A stretch of 58,179 bases of DNA from Candidatus Hadarchaeota archaeon (lineage in GTDB: Archaea > CAYQAE01 > CAYVLA01), in NCBI GenBank assembly GCA_964452145.1, contig CAYVLA010000002.1, forward strand, positions 59,754 through 117,932, written 5' to 3'. Under the pieces are notes generated by a model that was not told where the DNA came from, did not search any database, and worked only from the letters and a program-made list of their open reading frames with translations. Positions 37,761 to 48,977 of the stretch are shown here, piece by piece (the stretch's first letter is position 1; each line of letters begins with the position of its first letter). The translations under genes and the position numbers were made by a program.

Positions 37761-38231
37761 GTGGAGGAGACGACTACGATGAAGATTGGTGATCTGGGTC
37801 CTAGGTCAAGGAACGTCAATGTGCACTTCAAGGTGGTCACGGCTGGCGATGTGAGGGAAGTCCATTCCAGGGATGGTTCATCGCATACTGTTGCAGATGT
37901 CCTCGTGGGAGACGACACCGGAACCGTGTATCTCACTCTGTGGGATGAGAACATATCGAAGGTGGAGGAGGGCTCCATCTACGTTGTCAAGAACGGTTAC
38001 ACATCGCTGTTCCGGGGCAACATCAGGCTCAACGTCGGAAGATATGGAGAGCTGGTGCCCAGCGACGAGGAGATCGCCGAGGTCAGCGAAGGAAACAACA
38101 TCTCCGAGAGGACCTACCCGGATGAAAGGAGGAGGCCCTATTCCGGAGGATTCGGCGGTGGCGGGATGAGCCGCGACCGGGGCGGCAGAGGCGACTACCG
38201 AGGTAGGAGCCGCTGGAAGAACCGGTTCTAG
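37761..38231 (+). CDS. ssb: Single-stranded DNA-binding protein (crenarchaeal-type single OB fold, RGG tail)
   Basis: MKIGDL...VADVLVGDDTGTVYLTLWD...NGYTSLFRGNIRLNVGRYG. GGAGGTGA SD. Confidence 0.92.
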   Translation: MEETTTMKIGDLGPRSRNVNVHFKVVTAGDVREVHSRDGSSHTVADVLVGDDTGTVYLTLWDENISKVEEGSIYVVKNGYTSLFRGNIRLNVGRYGELVPSDEEIAEVSEGNNISERTYPDERRRPYSGGFGGGGMSRDRGGRGDYRGRSRWKNRF

Positions 38232-38402
38232 CCGAGCCTGCCTTCAGGGTCAGCTGGTGCTTGTTGATCTGCATTTTGATTTGGATGTGGCCCAGCGTCT
38301 TCAGCCATGCATTCGCTGGGCCGAATTTCGTGTTTCTGACATTCCTTGGAAGGCCTTGTCCAGTTTTCGTATGGGGATCGTGATTAGGAGTGCCGAGTAC
38401 CT

Positions 38403-38669
38403 TTGAACCTGGAGCCGGATCTCCTGTCCATGACCTCTGAAGATGAGCGCGCCCAGGTTCTCGTCCATCCCGCTGATCTCGTTGCCGCAGGTGACGAAGA
38501 CTATGAAGATGCTCCGCAGACGTTCATGAACGTCAGCCACAACAGGCCTATTCCGTACATGGGAGAGGCGCCCCCTAACCCGGAAATGGCCAAAGCCCCT
38601 TCGCCGTCTGTTCAGGGCCCTTTCTCTCTTGAGAGCGACTGGACCAGCCGATTCGGTCAGCCGGCATAA
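38403..38669 (+). CDS. Possible small acidic/Pro-rich protein
   Basis: AGGAG upstream of TTG. An opposite-strand ORF (38301-38711) competes with it. Confidence 0.3.
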   Translation: MNLEPDLLSMTSEDERAQVLVHPADLVAAGDEDYEDAPQTFMNVSHNRPIPYMGEAPPNPEMAKAPSPSVQGPFSLESDWTSRFGQPA

Positions 38670-38866
38670 CCGAGCTTGAGAGGCTGATTCATGATGAGTG
38701 ACGCCGATCATGCCGGTCGGTGACGCAGGCCTCTCCCAAGACCCCGAGGACCATCAACCGGTGCCGATCCGTCCCCCATGGGGGGCGAGTCGAACCACCG
38801 GTGGCATTTTTATAAAACGTCCGATAACATATAGGGAAGGGCCTATCGCCCGTAGAGGTTGGTTGA

Positions 38867-39166
38867 TTGGGACTTTTCGGCAGAAAGAAGGGAGAGGGCG
38901 GCGAGATCGGTGCCGTGCTGAAGAAGAAGTACAAGTCCAGACATGCTTTTGACCGATTCAAGATGAACCAAGCCTTCAAGATCCTTGATGAGTGCGCCAA
39001 GTCGCTTCGAGAGCAGGAGATCGAAACCCGAATCCTAGACGACTACGTTGTTGACGTGGACGTGGATTTCGAGGGCAACGTGGTGACGGTCGCCTACGAC
39101 GAGGGGCGCGAGTTCTTCAGGAAGGGCGAGGACGGGGCCTACCGGAAGATAGAGCCAGGGGGCTAG
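38867..39166 (+). CDS. Small hypothetical protein
   Basis: MGLFGRKK N-terminus, natural composition, and TTTTTATAAAA at 38807-38817. Confidence 0.75.
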   Translation: MGLFGRKKGEGGEIGAVLKKKYKSRHAFDRFKMNQAFKILDECAKSLREQEIETRILDDYVVDVDVDFEGNVVTVAYDEGREFFRKGEDGAYRKIEPGG

Positions 39167-39218
39167 ATCCTCAAGCCCGGGCTTACCGCCCGATCTTGAA
39201 TGGAGATGTGGGGCCGAG

Positions 39219-39476
39219 TCAGCGACCTGCGAGTTCGGCCGCCTTTTGGTTGCAGTATCTCCTGGCTTCCTTCTTGGCTCCCTGGATGCTGTTGAAGTGC
39301 CTTCCCAGGAAAGCCCAGCCCCCCTTTTCGGCCTTACCTATGGAGAGAAAGGTGGATCCCTCGGGGATGATTCTATCCCCGACTCGAAGCTTCTGGGTTA
39401 GGATGTAGTCCACCCTGTCGGGTATCCCTCTATGTTCGTGGTGCTGTTCGCGGAAGATCTTGTCTAGCTTCAACAC
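39219..39476 (-). CDS. Small hypothetical protein
   Basis: 85-aa ORF with natural composition and an AT-rich TATA-like motif about 28 nt upstream. Confidence 0.6.
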   Translation of the reverse strand: MLKLDKIFREQHHEHRGIPDRVDYILTQKLRVGDRIIPEGSTFLSIGKAEKGGWAFLGRHFNSIQGAKKEARRYCNQKAAELAGR

Positions 39477-39554
39477 GATCAGATATGGGAGTCGCTTGGT
39501 GCTGAAAAATATTGGGAGGCCGAGAGGCCGAGGGCAATGGCGCGAGAGCGCGGT

Positions 39555-39698
39555 CTAAGGCTCCTGACTCTTGAGCCATTGAGGAAGGGGCTTTGGTTGG
39601 TGCCTGTAGACACGCCTTGCGTTCAGTATTATGTATCCGGCGACGAGCATGAGTAGGAAGAGGAGCAGGTCCAACACGGCACGCCTAATCATCGACAT
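39555..39698 (-). CDS. 47-aa single-pass membrane microprotein (below the ORF-track cutoff)
   Basis: Hand translation MSMIRRAVLDLLLFLLMLVAGYIILNARRVYRHQPKPLPQWLKSQEP. TTTTAAAG TATA upstream at about 39734-39741. Confidence 0.55.
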   Translation of the reverse strand: MSMIRRAVLDLLLFLLMLVAGYIILNARRVYRHQPKPLPQWLKSQEP

Positions 39699-39789
39699 AC
39701 CCAGACCCCGCCAACTGCCTAGAATCGCGGGGCCTTTAAAATAGATCTCAATCCGGGGAGGTCATGGTTGCGAAAAGTCCAGCACTGAC

Positions 39790-41013
39790 CTAAGATGATG
39801 ATGGGTGTCGCAGGTGTGTCTCTCGACATCGGGATCCGGTCCGCCGGTCGCTGGGGTAATGGCCGTATCTCAGGATGGCCTTTCTCATGGCGAAGAAGTT
39901 CTCAGGTTTCACACCGGGGCTGATCGTGTTGCTGGAGCTGATGATATGACCACCCCCCGGCGCCCAGTGAGCTATGCATTCGCAGGTCTCCCGCGTTACC
40001 TCCTCGGGACTCAGAAGGCTGAGCGTCCTGCCACAGTCCACGTTGCCATTCAGGCAGACTCTGTCCCCGAATCCTTCCTTGACCTTCAGACGATCCATGG
40101 CTCCCGGCTCGATCTCCCGTGCGGCGTCTACTTCTGAGCCGATGAAGTAGTCTTGGGAAATGGGCATCAGGTCACCGTCGGAGGCGATCATAACATATCC
40201 CCCTCGTCGGTGCATCGCCCTTGATTCCTGCTTCATGAAGGGAAGGATGAAGCGACGGTATTTGTCCGGTGAGATCATCGGTCCGTCCTTGTATGCGAGA
40301 TCCCCCCCGATTCCGACTATGTCACATCCAGCATCCAGTGCCGCCCTACCGTAGGCTTTCGCCCTCCTGGCCTGGGCCTTCTCGAAACCCATGATCAGAT
40401 CCGTCCTAGTGTGAAAGGCCTTCAAGAACGTCGGGAGCCAATCCGGGTGGGTCAGGAAGCAGTTCCAGGTCGGGAAGAGCGTGGCAGCCTTGAGTCCATG
40501 CCCTATCTTGCGGATCAGCGGGGCTATCTCGTCGAAGGCCTGGGTGGCGGCATCATCCAACTCGGTTCGGTCAGACTTGAGGTTATCGACCAGCCTCTCG
40601 AGATCCTGCATCGTATGTCTTATCCTTCGCCCCGTCGCCTCCTCTATCTCCAGACTCAGAAGGTTCCCTTCCACCGTTCGGATCCTCCTCCCTGCTGTGT
40701 AGCTCCACTCGTGTTGGGAGAGGATCCGGGGCTTGGACGTCTTTCTGGACGGCAGTGGGTGGACGAGGACCAGATCCATGCTCAATCGCCGGGCAAGATC
40801 AAACGTATCCATCATGATTCGCGCCCTCACTGCGCTTCGCTTGCCTTCGGAGTCCAGCTGGACGATCCGGCGGTTGGCTCCCATGCCTGTGAGGGCAGGC
40901 CTGCCCAGGACTACGTCGGCCGTGGGGTGGGAGATCTGCTCGCCTCCCCACGGAACGCGATCAGGTTCCTCATGGTCCAGTTCTCGGATAACCCTCTCCC
41001 ACGAAGTTAGCAT
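39790..41013 (-). CDS. URO-D/MtaA-family protein
   Basis: MLTSWERV..HEEPDRVP, GGDLAYKDGPMISP, SDG, LNGNVD and GGGHIISSSN. Confidence 0.85.
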   Translation of the reverse strand: MLTSWERVIRELDHEEPDRVPWGGEQISHPTADVVLGRPALTGMGANRRIVQLDSEGKRSAVRARIMMDTFDLARRLSMDLVLVHPLPSRKTSKPRILSQHEWSYTAGRRIRTVEGNLLSLEIEEATGRRIRHTMQDLERLVDNLKSDRTELDDAATQAFDEIAPLIRKIGHGLKAATLFPTWNCFLTHPDWLPTFLKAFHTRTDLIMGFEKAQARRAKAYGRAALDAGCDIVGIGGDLAYKDGPMISPDKYRRFILPFMKQESRAMHRRGGYVMIASDGDLMPISQDYFIGSEVDAAREIEPGAMDRLKVKEGFGDRVCLNGNVDCGRTLSLLSPEEVTRETCECIAHWAPGGGHIISSSNTISPGVKPENFFAMRKAILRYGHYPSDRRTGSRCRETHLRHPSSS

Positions 41014-41046
41014 GATCCAATTTCCTGTGCGCTGGAGGGATCGACA

Positions 41047-41057
41047 CATTTTAAATG
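41047..41057. promoter_or_regulatory. Near-palindromic TATA element between divergent genes
   Basis: CATTTTAAATG lies about 30 nt from both start codons (41013 and 41087). Confidence 0.45.
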
Positions 41058-41086
41058 GAACACCCTAAGGTGCCCGAGGTGTCATC

Positions 41087-41854
41087 GTGAAGCTTGGACT
41101 CGTGACGTACAACATGGCCAAGGACTGGGACATCGGGACGCTGCTTGAGAAGTGTAGGGAAACCGGCTTCCAAGGCGTCGAGCTGAGGACAACACATGCC
41201 CACGGAGTTGAGGACAGTCTTTCCGGCGGGCAGAGAAGAAAGGTCCGCGATTCATTCGCAAGCTCCGGGATCGATCTCGTCGGGCTGGGAACTGCATTCG
41301 AGTATCATTCCCTAGATCCCAACGAGGTGAAGAGGAACATCGAAGGCACCAAGAGCTACGTCGTGCTAGCCAACGACCTGGGGGCCGAGGAGGTCAAGGT
41401 ACGGCCGAACGGCTTGCAGATTCAGGCCGGCGTCCCGAAGGAGAAGACTCTTAAGCAGATCGGGTTGGCCCTGCGGGAATGCGGGGATCACGCGAAGGAC
41501 TACGGAGTTGACATCCGGTTGGAGGTTCATGGGCATGAAACCAGTGACCCCAAGTGCATTCGCGCGATCATGGACGTGGCCCGACACGATAACGTGAATG
41601 TTTGCTGGAACTCGAATAACTCCGACATCGTGGATGGATCCATAGATGGCAGTTTCGAGCTACTGAAGGATTGGATCCATCAGGTACACATGAGGGATCT
41701 GTACCTATCCGAGTATCCCTGGCGCCATCTGTTCGAACTCCTCCGCAAAGCCGGTTTCGGTGGGTACTGTCTGGCCGAGATCCCGGGGAGTTCGGATCCT
41801 GTGCGCGTGCTTCACTACTACAGAGCTCTCTGGGAGGAGCTAATCAGGCCCTAG
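41087..41854 (+). CDS. Sugar phosphate isomerase/epimerase (xylose isomerase-like TIM barrel)
   Basis: GVELRTTHAHGV, IRLEVHG, CWNS, VHMRD and LAE. Confidence 0.85.
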   Translation: MKLGLVTYNMAKDWDIGTLLEKCRETGFQGVELRTTHAHGVEDSLSGGQRRKVRDSFASSGIDLVGLGTAFEYHSLDPNEVKRNIEGTKSYVVLANDLGAEEVKVRPNGLQIQAGVPKEKTLKQIGLALRECGDHAKDYGVDIRLEVHGHETSDPKCIRAIMDVARHDNVNVCWNSNNSDIVDGSIDGSFELLKDWIHQVHMRDLYLSEYPWRHLFELLRKAGFGGYCLAEIPGSSDPVRVLHYYRALWEELIRP

Positions 41855-41875
41855 GAGTCCCATCGCAGGTAACGG

Positions 41876-43939
<2,064 letters not shown>

Positions 43940-44127
43940 TCAAGGGCATCGTTGCCTTGAACCACGGGGTTCCCGTTTCATGGTTGATCGGAATCGTGCT
44001 TCGACGACTGTGACAAATCCCTAGATAACGCCAAATGAGGTCCAGAAATCTGTGTCCACAAAGCTTTTATCCCAAACTGGCAATGTGAAGGCGGTCCGAA
44101 ATCATGAATTTCGGAGGTGTATAGGAA

Positions 44128-45789
44128 ATGAAACTAAAGGATTCCAGAAAGGGACTATCGACAACGGCAATCATAGCGGCAATTGTACTAGTGATCATCG
44201 TTGTCATTGGCGTGTGGTATGTACTCGCTCCTAAGCCCAGGGTCAAGGGGCTGATCATGGGAACCACCGATTCGGTCGAGACTAACCTGGATCCAGCTGA
44301 GGCCTACGACTTCTTCGGGTGGGAGATCATCCAATCAACCGGCTGCGGCCTTGTCCAGATCAAGGAAGGCACGCCGAACGGTGCTGGCGAGAAGGACATA
44401 ATGCCATCGCTGGCAACGGACTGGACGGCTAGCGCCGATGGCCTCGTGTGGACCTTCAACCTCAGAAAGGGCGTCGAATTTGGTGATGGAACCGAGTTCA
44501 ATGCAACCCACGTCAAGTACACCATCGACAGAGGAATCAGTCTGGCGATCCCGGAGGGTGCCTTCGTCGGGCTCGGATTCAGCGACATCATAGACAGGGT
44601 CGAGGTTGTCAGCAAGTATCAGGTGAAGTTCCATCTCAAGATCCCGTTCGGGCCCTTCCTTGCCCTCATGGCGTCTCCAGTGTCCTACATGGTGAACCCG
44701 AATCACGCCCCGGTTGACAGCGCTGTTAGCTACGTGGAGGGGAATGCACGGGCGAGCTACCCATGTGATCTTGGGCCGTACGTTTTGACGAACTGGACGC
44801 GAAAGGCCGGAAAGGACTATGACATGAGGCTGAAGGCGAACCCCAACTACTGGGACAGGAAATCGGGTCTGCCCAGGGCCGAGGAGTTCATAATAAAGTT
44901 CTACTCGGATGCGACCGCCCTGGCGGCGGCAATCCAAGCGGGCGACATCGATATAGCCTTCAGGCAGCTCCGAGCGGCGGACATCGAAAGCCTGAGGACC
45001 AAGACCGATGTCGTCAAAGTCTGGGAGGGCACTGGGGCCTTCATCCAGTACATGATCTTCCAGCAGAAGATCAAGCCGTTCGATGATCCAAAGGTCAGAA
45101 GAGCCGTCGCCGCTGCCCTGAACAGGACGACATTATCCAAGACCGTGTTCCTGGGCCAGGCAGACAACCTCTACAGCATGATACCCAACGGCATGTCAGG
45201 CCACAAGGATGCCTTCAAGGAACTGGGCGATGCCAACTATCAGTTCACCAGAACCACGTTGAACGATCCGACCATATACGGCGGCCCCTACAATGAGGCC
45301 AAGAAGTTGGTCGTGGATCTCTGGTACGAGACATCGGGCCACTATCCACAGAGCCCCGATCAGGCGCAGGTCATCAAGTCATCGCTTGAAGCCAGCGGAG
45401 TCATCACAGTTAACCTGCACGGTCTTGACTGGCCAGCCTACAGGAAGAAACGAGGGGAAGAGACGATGCCGGCTTATATCTACGGGTGGTACCCGGATTA
45501 CGTAGACCCGGACAACTACATCTTCCCATTCCTGCATTCATCGGGCTCGTCTTGGCTGCACAACAACTACAACAACCCTGGGATGGATGCCCTGGTCGAG
45601 CAGGCTCGTTCGACAACCAGCGCCACTGAGAGAGAGAACCTGTACGGGCAGATTCAGGACCTAATGGTCGAGGATTGCCCGTTGGTTCCCCTTTTCCAAA
45701 GTTCGGCCTATGCAGTGACAAAGACGAACATCAAAGGCGTATATCTGGACATCTCCCAAGTATGGCGTCTATGGTTGTTGGAAGGCTAG
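44128..45789 (+). CDS. oppA: Oligopeptide/dipeptide ABC substrate-binding protein (SBP family 5)
   Basis: LDPA, PSLATDW..DGLVWTFNLRKGVEF.DG, GPY and KVRRAVAAA. N-terminal anchor. Confidence 0.92.
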   Translation: MKLKDSRKGLSTTAIIAAIVLVIIVVIGVWYVLAPKPRVKGLIMGTTDSVETNLDPAEAYDFFGWEIIQSTGCGLVQIKEGTPNGAGEKDIMPSLATDWTASADGLVWTFNLRKGVEFGDGTEFNATHVKYTIDRGISLAIPEGAFVGLGFSDIIDRVEVVSKYQVKFHLKIPFGPFLALMASPVSYMVNPNHAPVDSAVSYVEGNARASYPCDLGPYVLTNWTRKAGKDYDMRLKANPNYWDRKSGLPRAEEFIIKFYSDATALAAAIQAGDIDIAFRQLRAADIESLRTKTDVVKVWEGTGAFIQYMIFQQKIKPFDDPKVRRAVAAALNRTTLSKTVFLGQADNLYSMIPNGMSGHKDAFKELGDANYQFTRTTLNDPTIYGGPYNEAKKLVVDLWYETSGHYPQSPDQAQVIKSSLEASGVITVNLHGLDWPAYRKKRGEETMPAYIYGWYPDYVDPDNYIFPFLHSSGSSWLHNNYNNPGMDALVEQARSTTSATERENLYGQIQDLMVEDCPLVPLFQSSAYAVTKTNIKGVYLDISQVWRLWLLEG

Positions 45790-45820
45790 TTAGGCCTACT
45801 GCCGACAGCAAACCTTTAAC

Positions 45821-45845
45821 TTCCTCCTTTTTTCCCCCTTTTTTT
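45821..45845 (+). terminator. Archaeal-type pyrimidine/T-tract terminator after oppA
   Basis: TTCCTCCTTTTTTCCCCCTTTTTTT about 30 nt after the stop. Confidence 0.6.
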
Positions 45846-45891
45846 GCCACAATGATCGAATGTAATCAGCACGCTCGGTAGAGGGTTCACA

Positions 45892-47121
45892 ATGAGCCTT
45901 CGCTCCTACATGGTGACTAGGATCCTCCTAACGTTACCGATGATACTGCTCCTGCTTTCCATCGTCTTCTTCGTTGTTCGGATACTCCCCGGGGACCCGG
46001 TTCTCCTGCACTTCGAGAAGAACGCCGATCCCGCAGACGTTGAGAGACTGAGGCACAATCTGGGCCTTGATAAGCCCCTTCACGTTCAGTATCTGAACTA
46101 CCTGATTGGCATCTTCACGGGTGACTTCGGCACATCCATGCAGGACTTCTCCGAGGTCTCGCAGCAGATATTCTCGGCCTTCCCTGCAACACTCGAGCTG
46201 GCCATCTACGCCATCGCGATCGCAGTCACCATCGGCGTTCTGCTCGGCGTCTCGGCATCTCGCTCATACGGCTCGGTGAAGGATCATTCGATCAGAGCAC
46301 TTGGTGTCATCACCTACGCCGTCCCGGTGTTTTTTCTGGGAATGATCTTCCAGCTCATCTTTGGCATATGGCTGCATCTCTTCCCGACCGGGGGCAGGGC
46401 ATATCCGACCATGGAGCCGCGTGGCCTGATCGTGGGGCTGGCGAAGCCCACGGGCGCGACATCGGTCATCATCTGGGCGTTGCCATTCGCTCTGGGTGTT
46501 GCGACCCTGTGTCTGTTGATCCTGCGGAGAAGGAGGGTCCCGTTCCGAGACAAAGGGCTGTTCACATTCATTCTCGTCCTTTGTGCAAGCTGGTCTGCCT
46601 TCGCCTTGCTGATCTGGCATACTGCTTCAGCGGGGGCCTTGCGTCTGTCCACCGGTCTCTACACCGTTGACAGCATCTTGGAGGGCAATCCGGTTAAGCT
46701 TGTGGACAGCCTACGATACCTATTCCTTCCCTCCCTGACGCTGGGAATCGTGCTGTGCGGCATATTCATCCGCTTGACGAGGAGCAACATGCTTGAAACG
46801 TTCAGACTTGACTTCGTCTCGGCGGCAAGGGCTAGGGGGCTGAAGGAGAACACGGTGATCTACGGCTACGCGCTCAGAAACGCCTTCCTGCCGATCCTGA
46901 CCATGATGGGCTTGCAGTTCGCCGCCCTCCTCGGAGGGGCCATTCTCACAGAGACCACTTTCTCCTGGCCAGGGCTGGGCCGCTATCTTGTCGACAGGAT
47001 CAATTTCCGGGACTACACGGCGATCCAAGGAGCGGTTGTGCTGTTCGGCCTGATGGTCGCCATCGTGAGTCTCATCGTCGATGTCCTCTATGCATATCTG
47101 GATCCGAGGATACGTCTGTAG
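45892..47121 (+). CDS. oppB: Opp/Dpp ABC permease B, with an internal insertion
   Basis: LPGDP, GLDKPL..QY, PATLEL, ARARGL..ALRNA, ETTFSWPGLG and LDPRI. Confidence 0.92.
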   Translation: MSLRSYMVTRILLTLPMILLLLSIVFFVVRILPGDPVLLHFEKNADPADVERLRHNLGLDKPLHVQYLNYLIGIFTGDFGTSMQDFSEVSQQIFSAFPATLELAIYAIAIAVTIGVLLGVSASRSYGSVKDHSIRALGVITYAVPVFFLGMIFQLIFGIWLHLFPTGGRAYPTMEPRGLIVGLAKPTGATSVIIWALPFALGVATLCLLILRRRRVPFRDKGLFTFILVLCASWSAFALLIWHTASAGALRLSTGLYTVDSILEGNPVKLVDSLRYLFLPSLTLGIVLCGIFIRLTRSNMLETFRLDFVSAARARGLKENTVIYGYALRNAFLPILTMMGLQFAALLGGAILTETTFSWPGLGRYLVDRINFRDYTAIQGAVVLFGLMVAIVSLIVDVLYAYLDPRIRL

Positions 47122-47131
47122 GTGACGAAGG

Positions 47132-48007
47132 ATGCACAGAGGCCGCTCAATGATTGGACAGTTGTTCCCGGGAATCGCTCACCTAGCGAGAGGAAAATCG
47201 GCGGGCCAGATCGTCCTCATCGGATCGGTCATAGTCTCCTCGATAGTCATTATGACGCTTCTCTCACCATGGTTATGCCCGCATGACCCGGCGGCAATCA
47301 ACGTCGGGCCGGTGAGTTCTCGGCCCAGCTCCAAGTTCCCTCTTGGCACAAACCATCTCGGTCAGGACATGCTGAGCCGTGTGATTAGCGGAGGAGGGGT
47401 CATGCTGAAAGTCGCAGTGCTCTCGGCCTTCTTCTGTCTCGTAGTTGGCGTGCCCATTGGGCTACTGGCTTCCTATTCGGGCGGCTTCGTCGACAAAGCC
47501 GTCTCCCTGGTGATGGATAGCTTCTACGCCTTCCCGGGGCTGGTGCTGGCAATAGCCATCGCCGCGATGCTCGGCAGGGGGGCTGTGAACATGGCGCTTT
47601 CCATCGCTGTCGTCTATGTACCATCCTACTTCCGCGTCGTCCGGAGCCAGGTTCTGACTATAAGGGAACTGCCCTACACAGAGGCAGCGAGGGCATCGGG
47701 GGCTAGAAGCCGGACGATTCTGCTTCGCTACATGCTGCCCAATCTGGTGGCGTCCATTGTCGTTGTGGCAACGATCAACTTCGCCGACGCCATCCTCACT
47801 GCGGCGGGCCTGACCTTCGTCGGTCTCGGAGTCGAGAAGTCGATTCCCGATTGGGGCTGGGATCTCACGGACGGAAGGGGTCTCCTGCTAAGTGGATCAT
47901 GGTGGGTGATAACGTTTCCCGGAATCATGATCGTTCTCCTTGCCTTGGGATTTACACTGATAGGTGAGGGCCTGAGCGAACTGCTGAATCCAAGGCTTGA
48001 GCGGTGA
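47132..48007 (+). CDS. oppC: Opp/Dpp ABC permease C
   Basis: PLGTNHLGQDMLSR, EAARASGA, LTFVGLG and WWVITFPG. Confidence 0.92.
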   Translation: MHRGRSMIGQLFPGIAHLARGKSAGQIVLIGSVIVSSIVIMTLLSPWLCPHDPAAINVGPVSSRPSSKFPLGTNHLGQDMLSRVISGGGVMLKVAVLSAFFCLVVGVPIGLLASYSGGFVDKAVSLVMDSFYAFPGLVLAIAIAAMLGRGAVNMALSIAVVYVPSYFRVVRSQVLTIRELPYTEAARASGARSRTILLRYMLPNLVASIVVVATINFADAILTAAGLTFVGLGVEKSIPDWGWDLTDGRGLLLSGSWWVITFPGIMIVLLALGFTLIGEGLSELLNPRLER

Positions 48008-48016
48008 TCGAACCAC

Positions 48017-48976
48017 ATGGCGATGCTTGAGATCGACTCGTTGACGGTGGACTACCGAGGTAGAGGGGGCAGCATAAGGGCGGTCAACAATGTGTCCATT
48101 GCGTTGGATAAGAGCGAGACGCTCGGCTTGGTGGGCGAGTCCGGATCCGGGAAAACCACCCTGGGGCTTTCGATAATGCGGCTGGTTCCTCATCCGGGCA
48201 TCATTGTTGGAGGGGGGATAAGGCTCAACGGCGTGGATATCCTGACCTTGCCGGACGAGGAGATGCGTCTCGTGCGGGGAAGGAAGATTGCCTACGTCTT
48301 CCAGGACCCCATGACCTCCCTGAACCCGGTGAAGAAGATCGGGGCCCACTTCGCGGAGATGATGCGTACACATGAGCCCCACATCACGGAGAAAGCCGCA
48401 ATGGCCCGCGCCGAGCAGGCGTTGACGGATGTGGGCATACCTCCCGAACGAGTCAGCGATTATCCCCACCACTTCAGCGGCGGCATGCGGCAACGGATGA
48501 TGATAGCGCTGGCCATCGGCCTCAACCCCGATCTGGTCATCGCGGACGAACCAACGACGGCGCTGGATGTCATCGTGCAGGCCAAGATTCTGGATCTTCT
48601 CAGAAAGCTGAGGGACACCTACGGGATGGCCCTGATACTGATCACCCATGATCTGAGCATTGTTCTGGAGAGGTGCGATAGGATCGCCGTAATGTACGCC
48701 GGGGCCGTTGTGGAACATGCGACTGGGGCCGAGCTGCACCGCAACCCCCTGCACCCATACACTCAGGGTCTTCTGCGGAGCATTCCAAACATAGGCGTGG
48801 CCGAGCAGAAGCTCGAGGCCATTCCGGGCTCGCCCCCGAACCTCTTGGACCTGCCCAACGGTTGCTGTTTCTGTCCCCGATGCCTATCTGCGAAGGAGAA
48901 ATGCAGCGCGCAGCAGCCAGAAATGGTGGATGTGGGGTCAGGCCATATGGTTAGGTGTTTCAAGGAGGCTGCCTAG
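48017..48976 (+). CDS. oppD: Opp/Dpp ABC ATPase D
   Basis: [37 protein letters not shown] and C-terminal Cys. Confidence 0.93.
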   Translation: MAMLEIDSLTVDYRGRGGSIRAVNNVSIALDKSETLGLVGESGSGKTTLGLSIMRLVPHPGIIVGGGIRLNGVDILTLPDEEMRLVRGRKIAYVFQDPMTSLNPVKKIGAHFAEMMRTHEPHITEKAAMARAEQALTDVGIPPERVSDYPHHFSGGMRQRMMIALAIGLNPDLVIADEPTTALDVIVQAKILDLLRKLRDTYGMALILITHDLSIVLERCDRIAVMYAGAVVEHATGAELHRNPLHPYTQGLLRSIPNIGVAEQKLEAIPGSPPNLLDLPNGCCFCPRCLSAKEKCSAQQPEMVDVGSGHMVRCFKEAA

Positions 48977-48977
48977 G

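Noticed and set aside
39770..39790. GAAAAGTCC resembling the RNase P RNA GAGGAAAGUCC motif
   Set aside because: The match is imperfect, lies at a gene 3' end, and no other RNase P elements are present.
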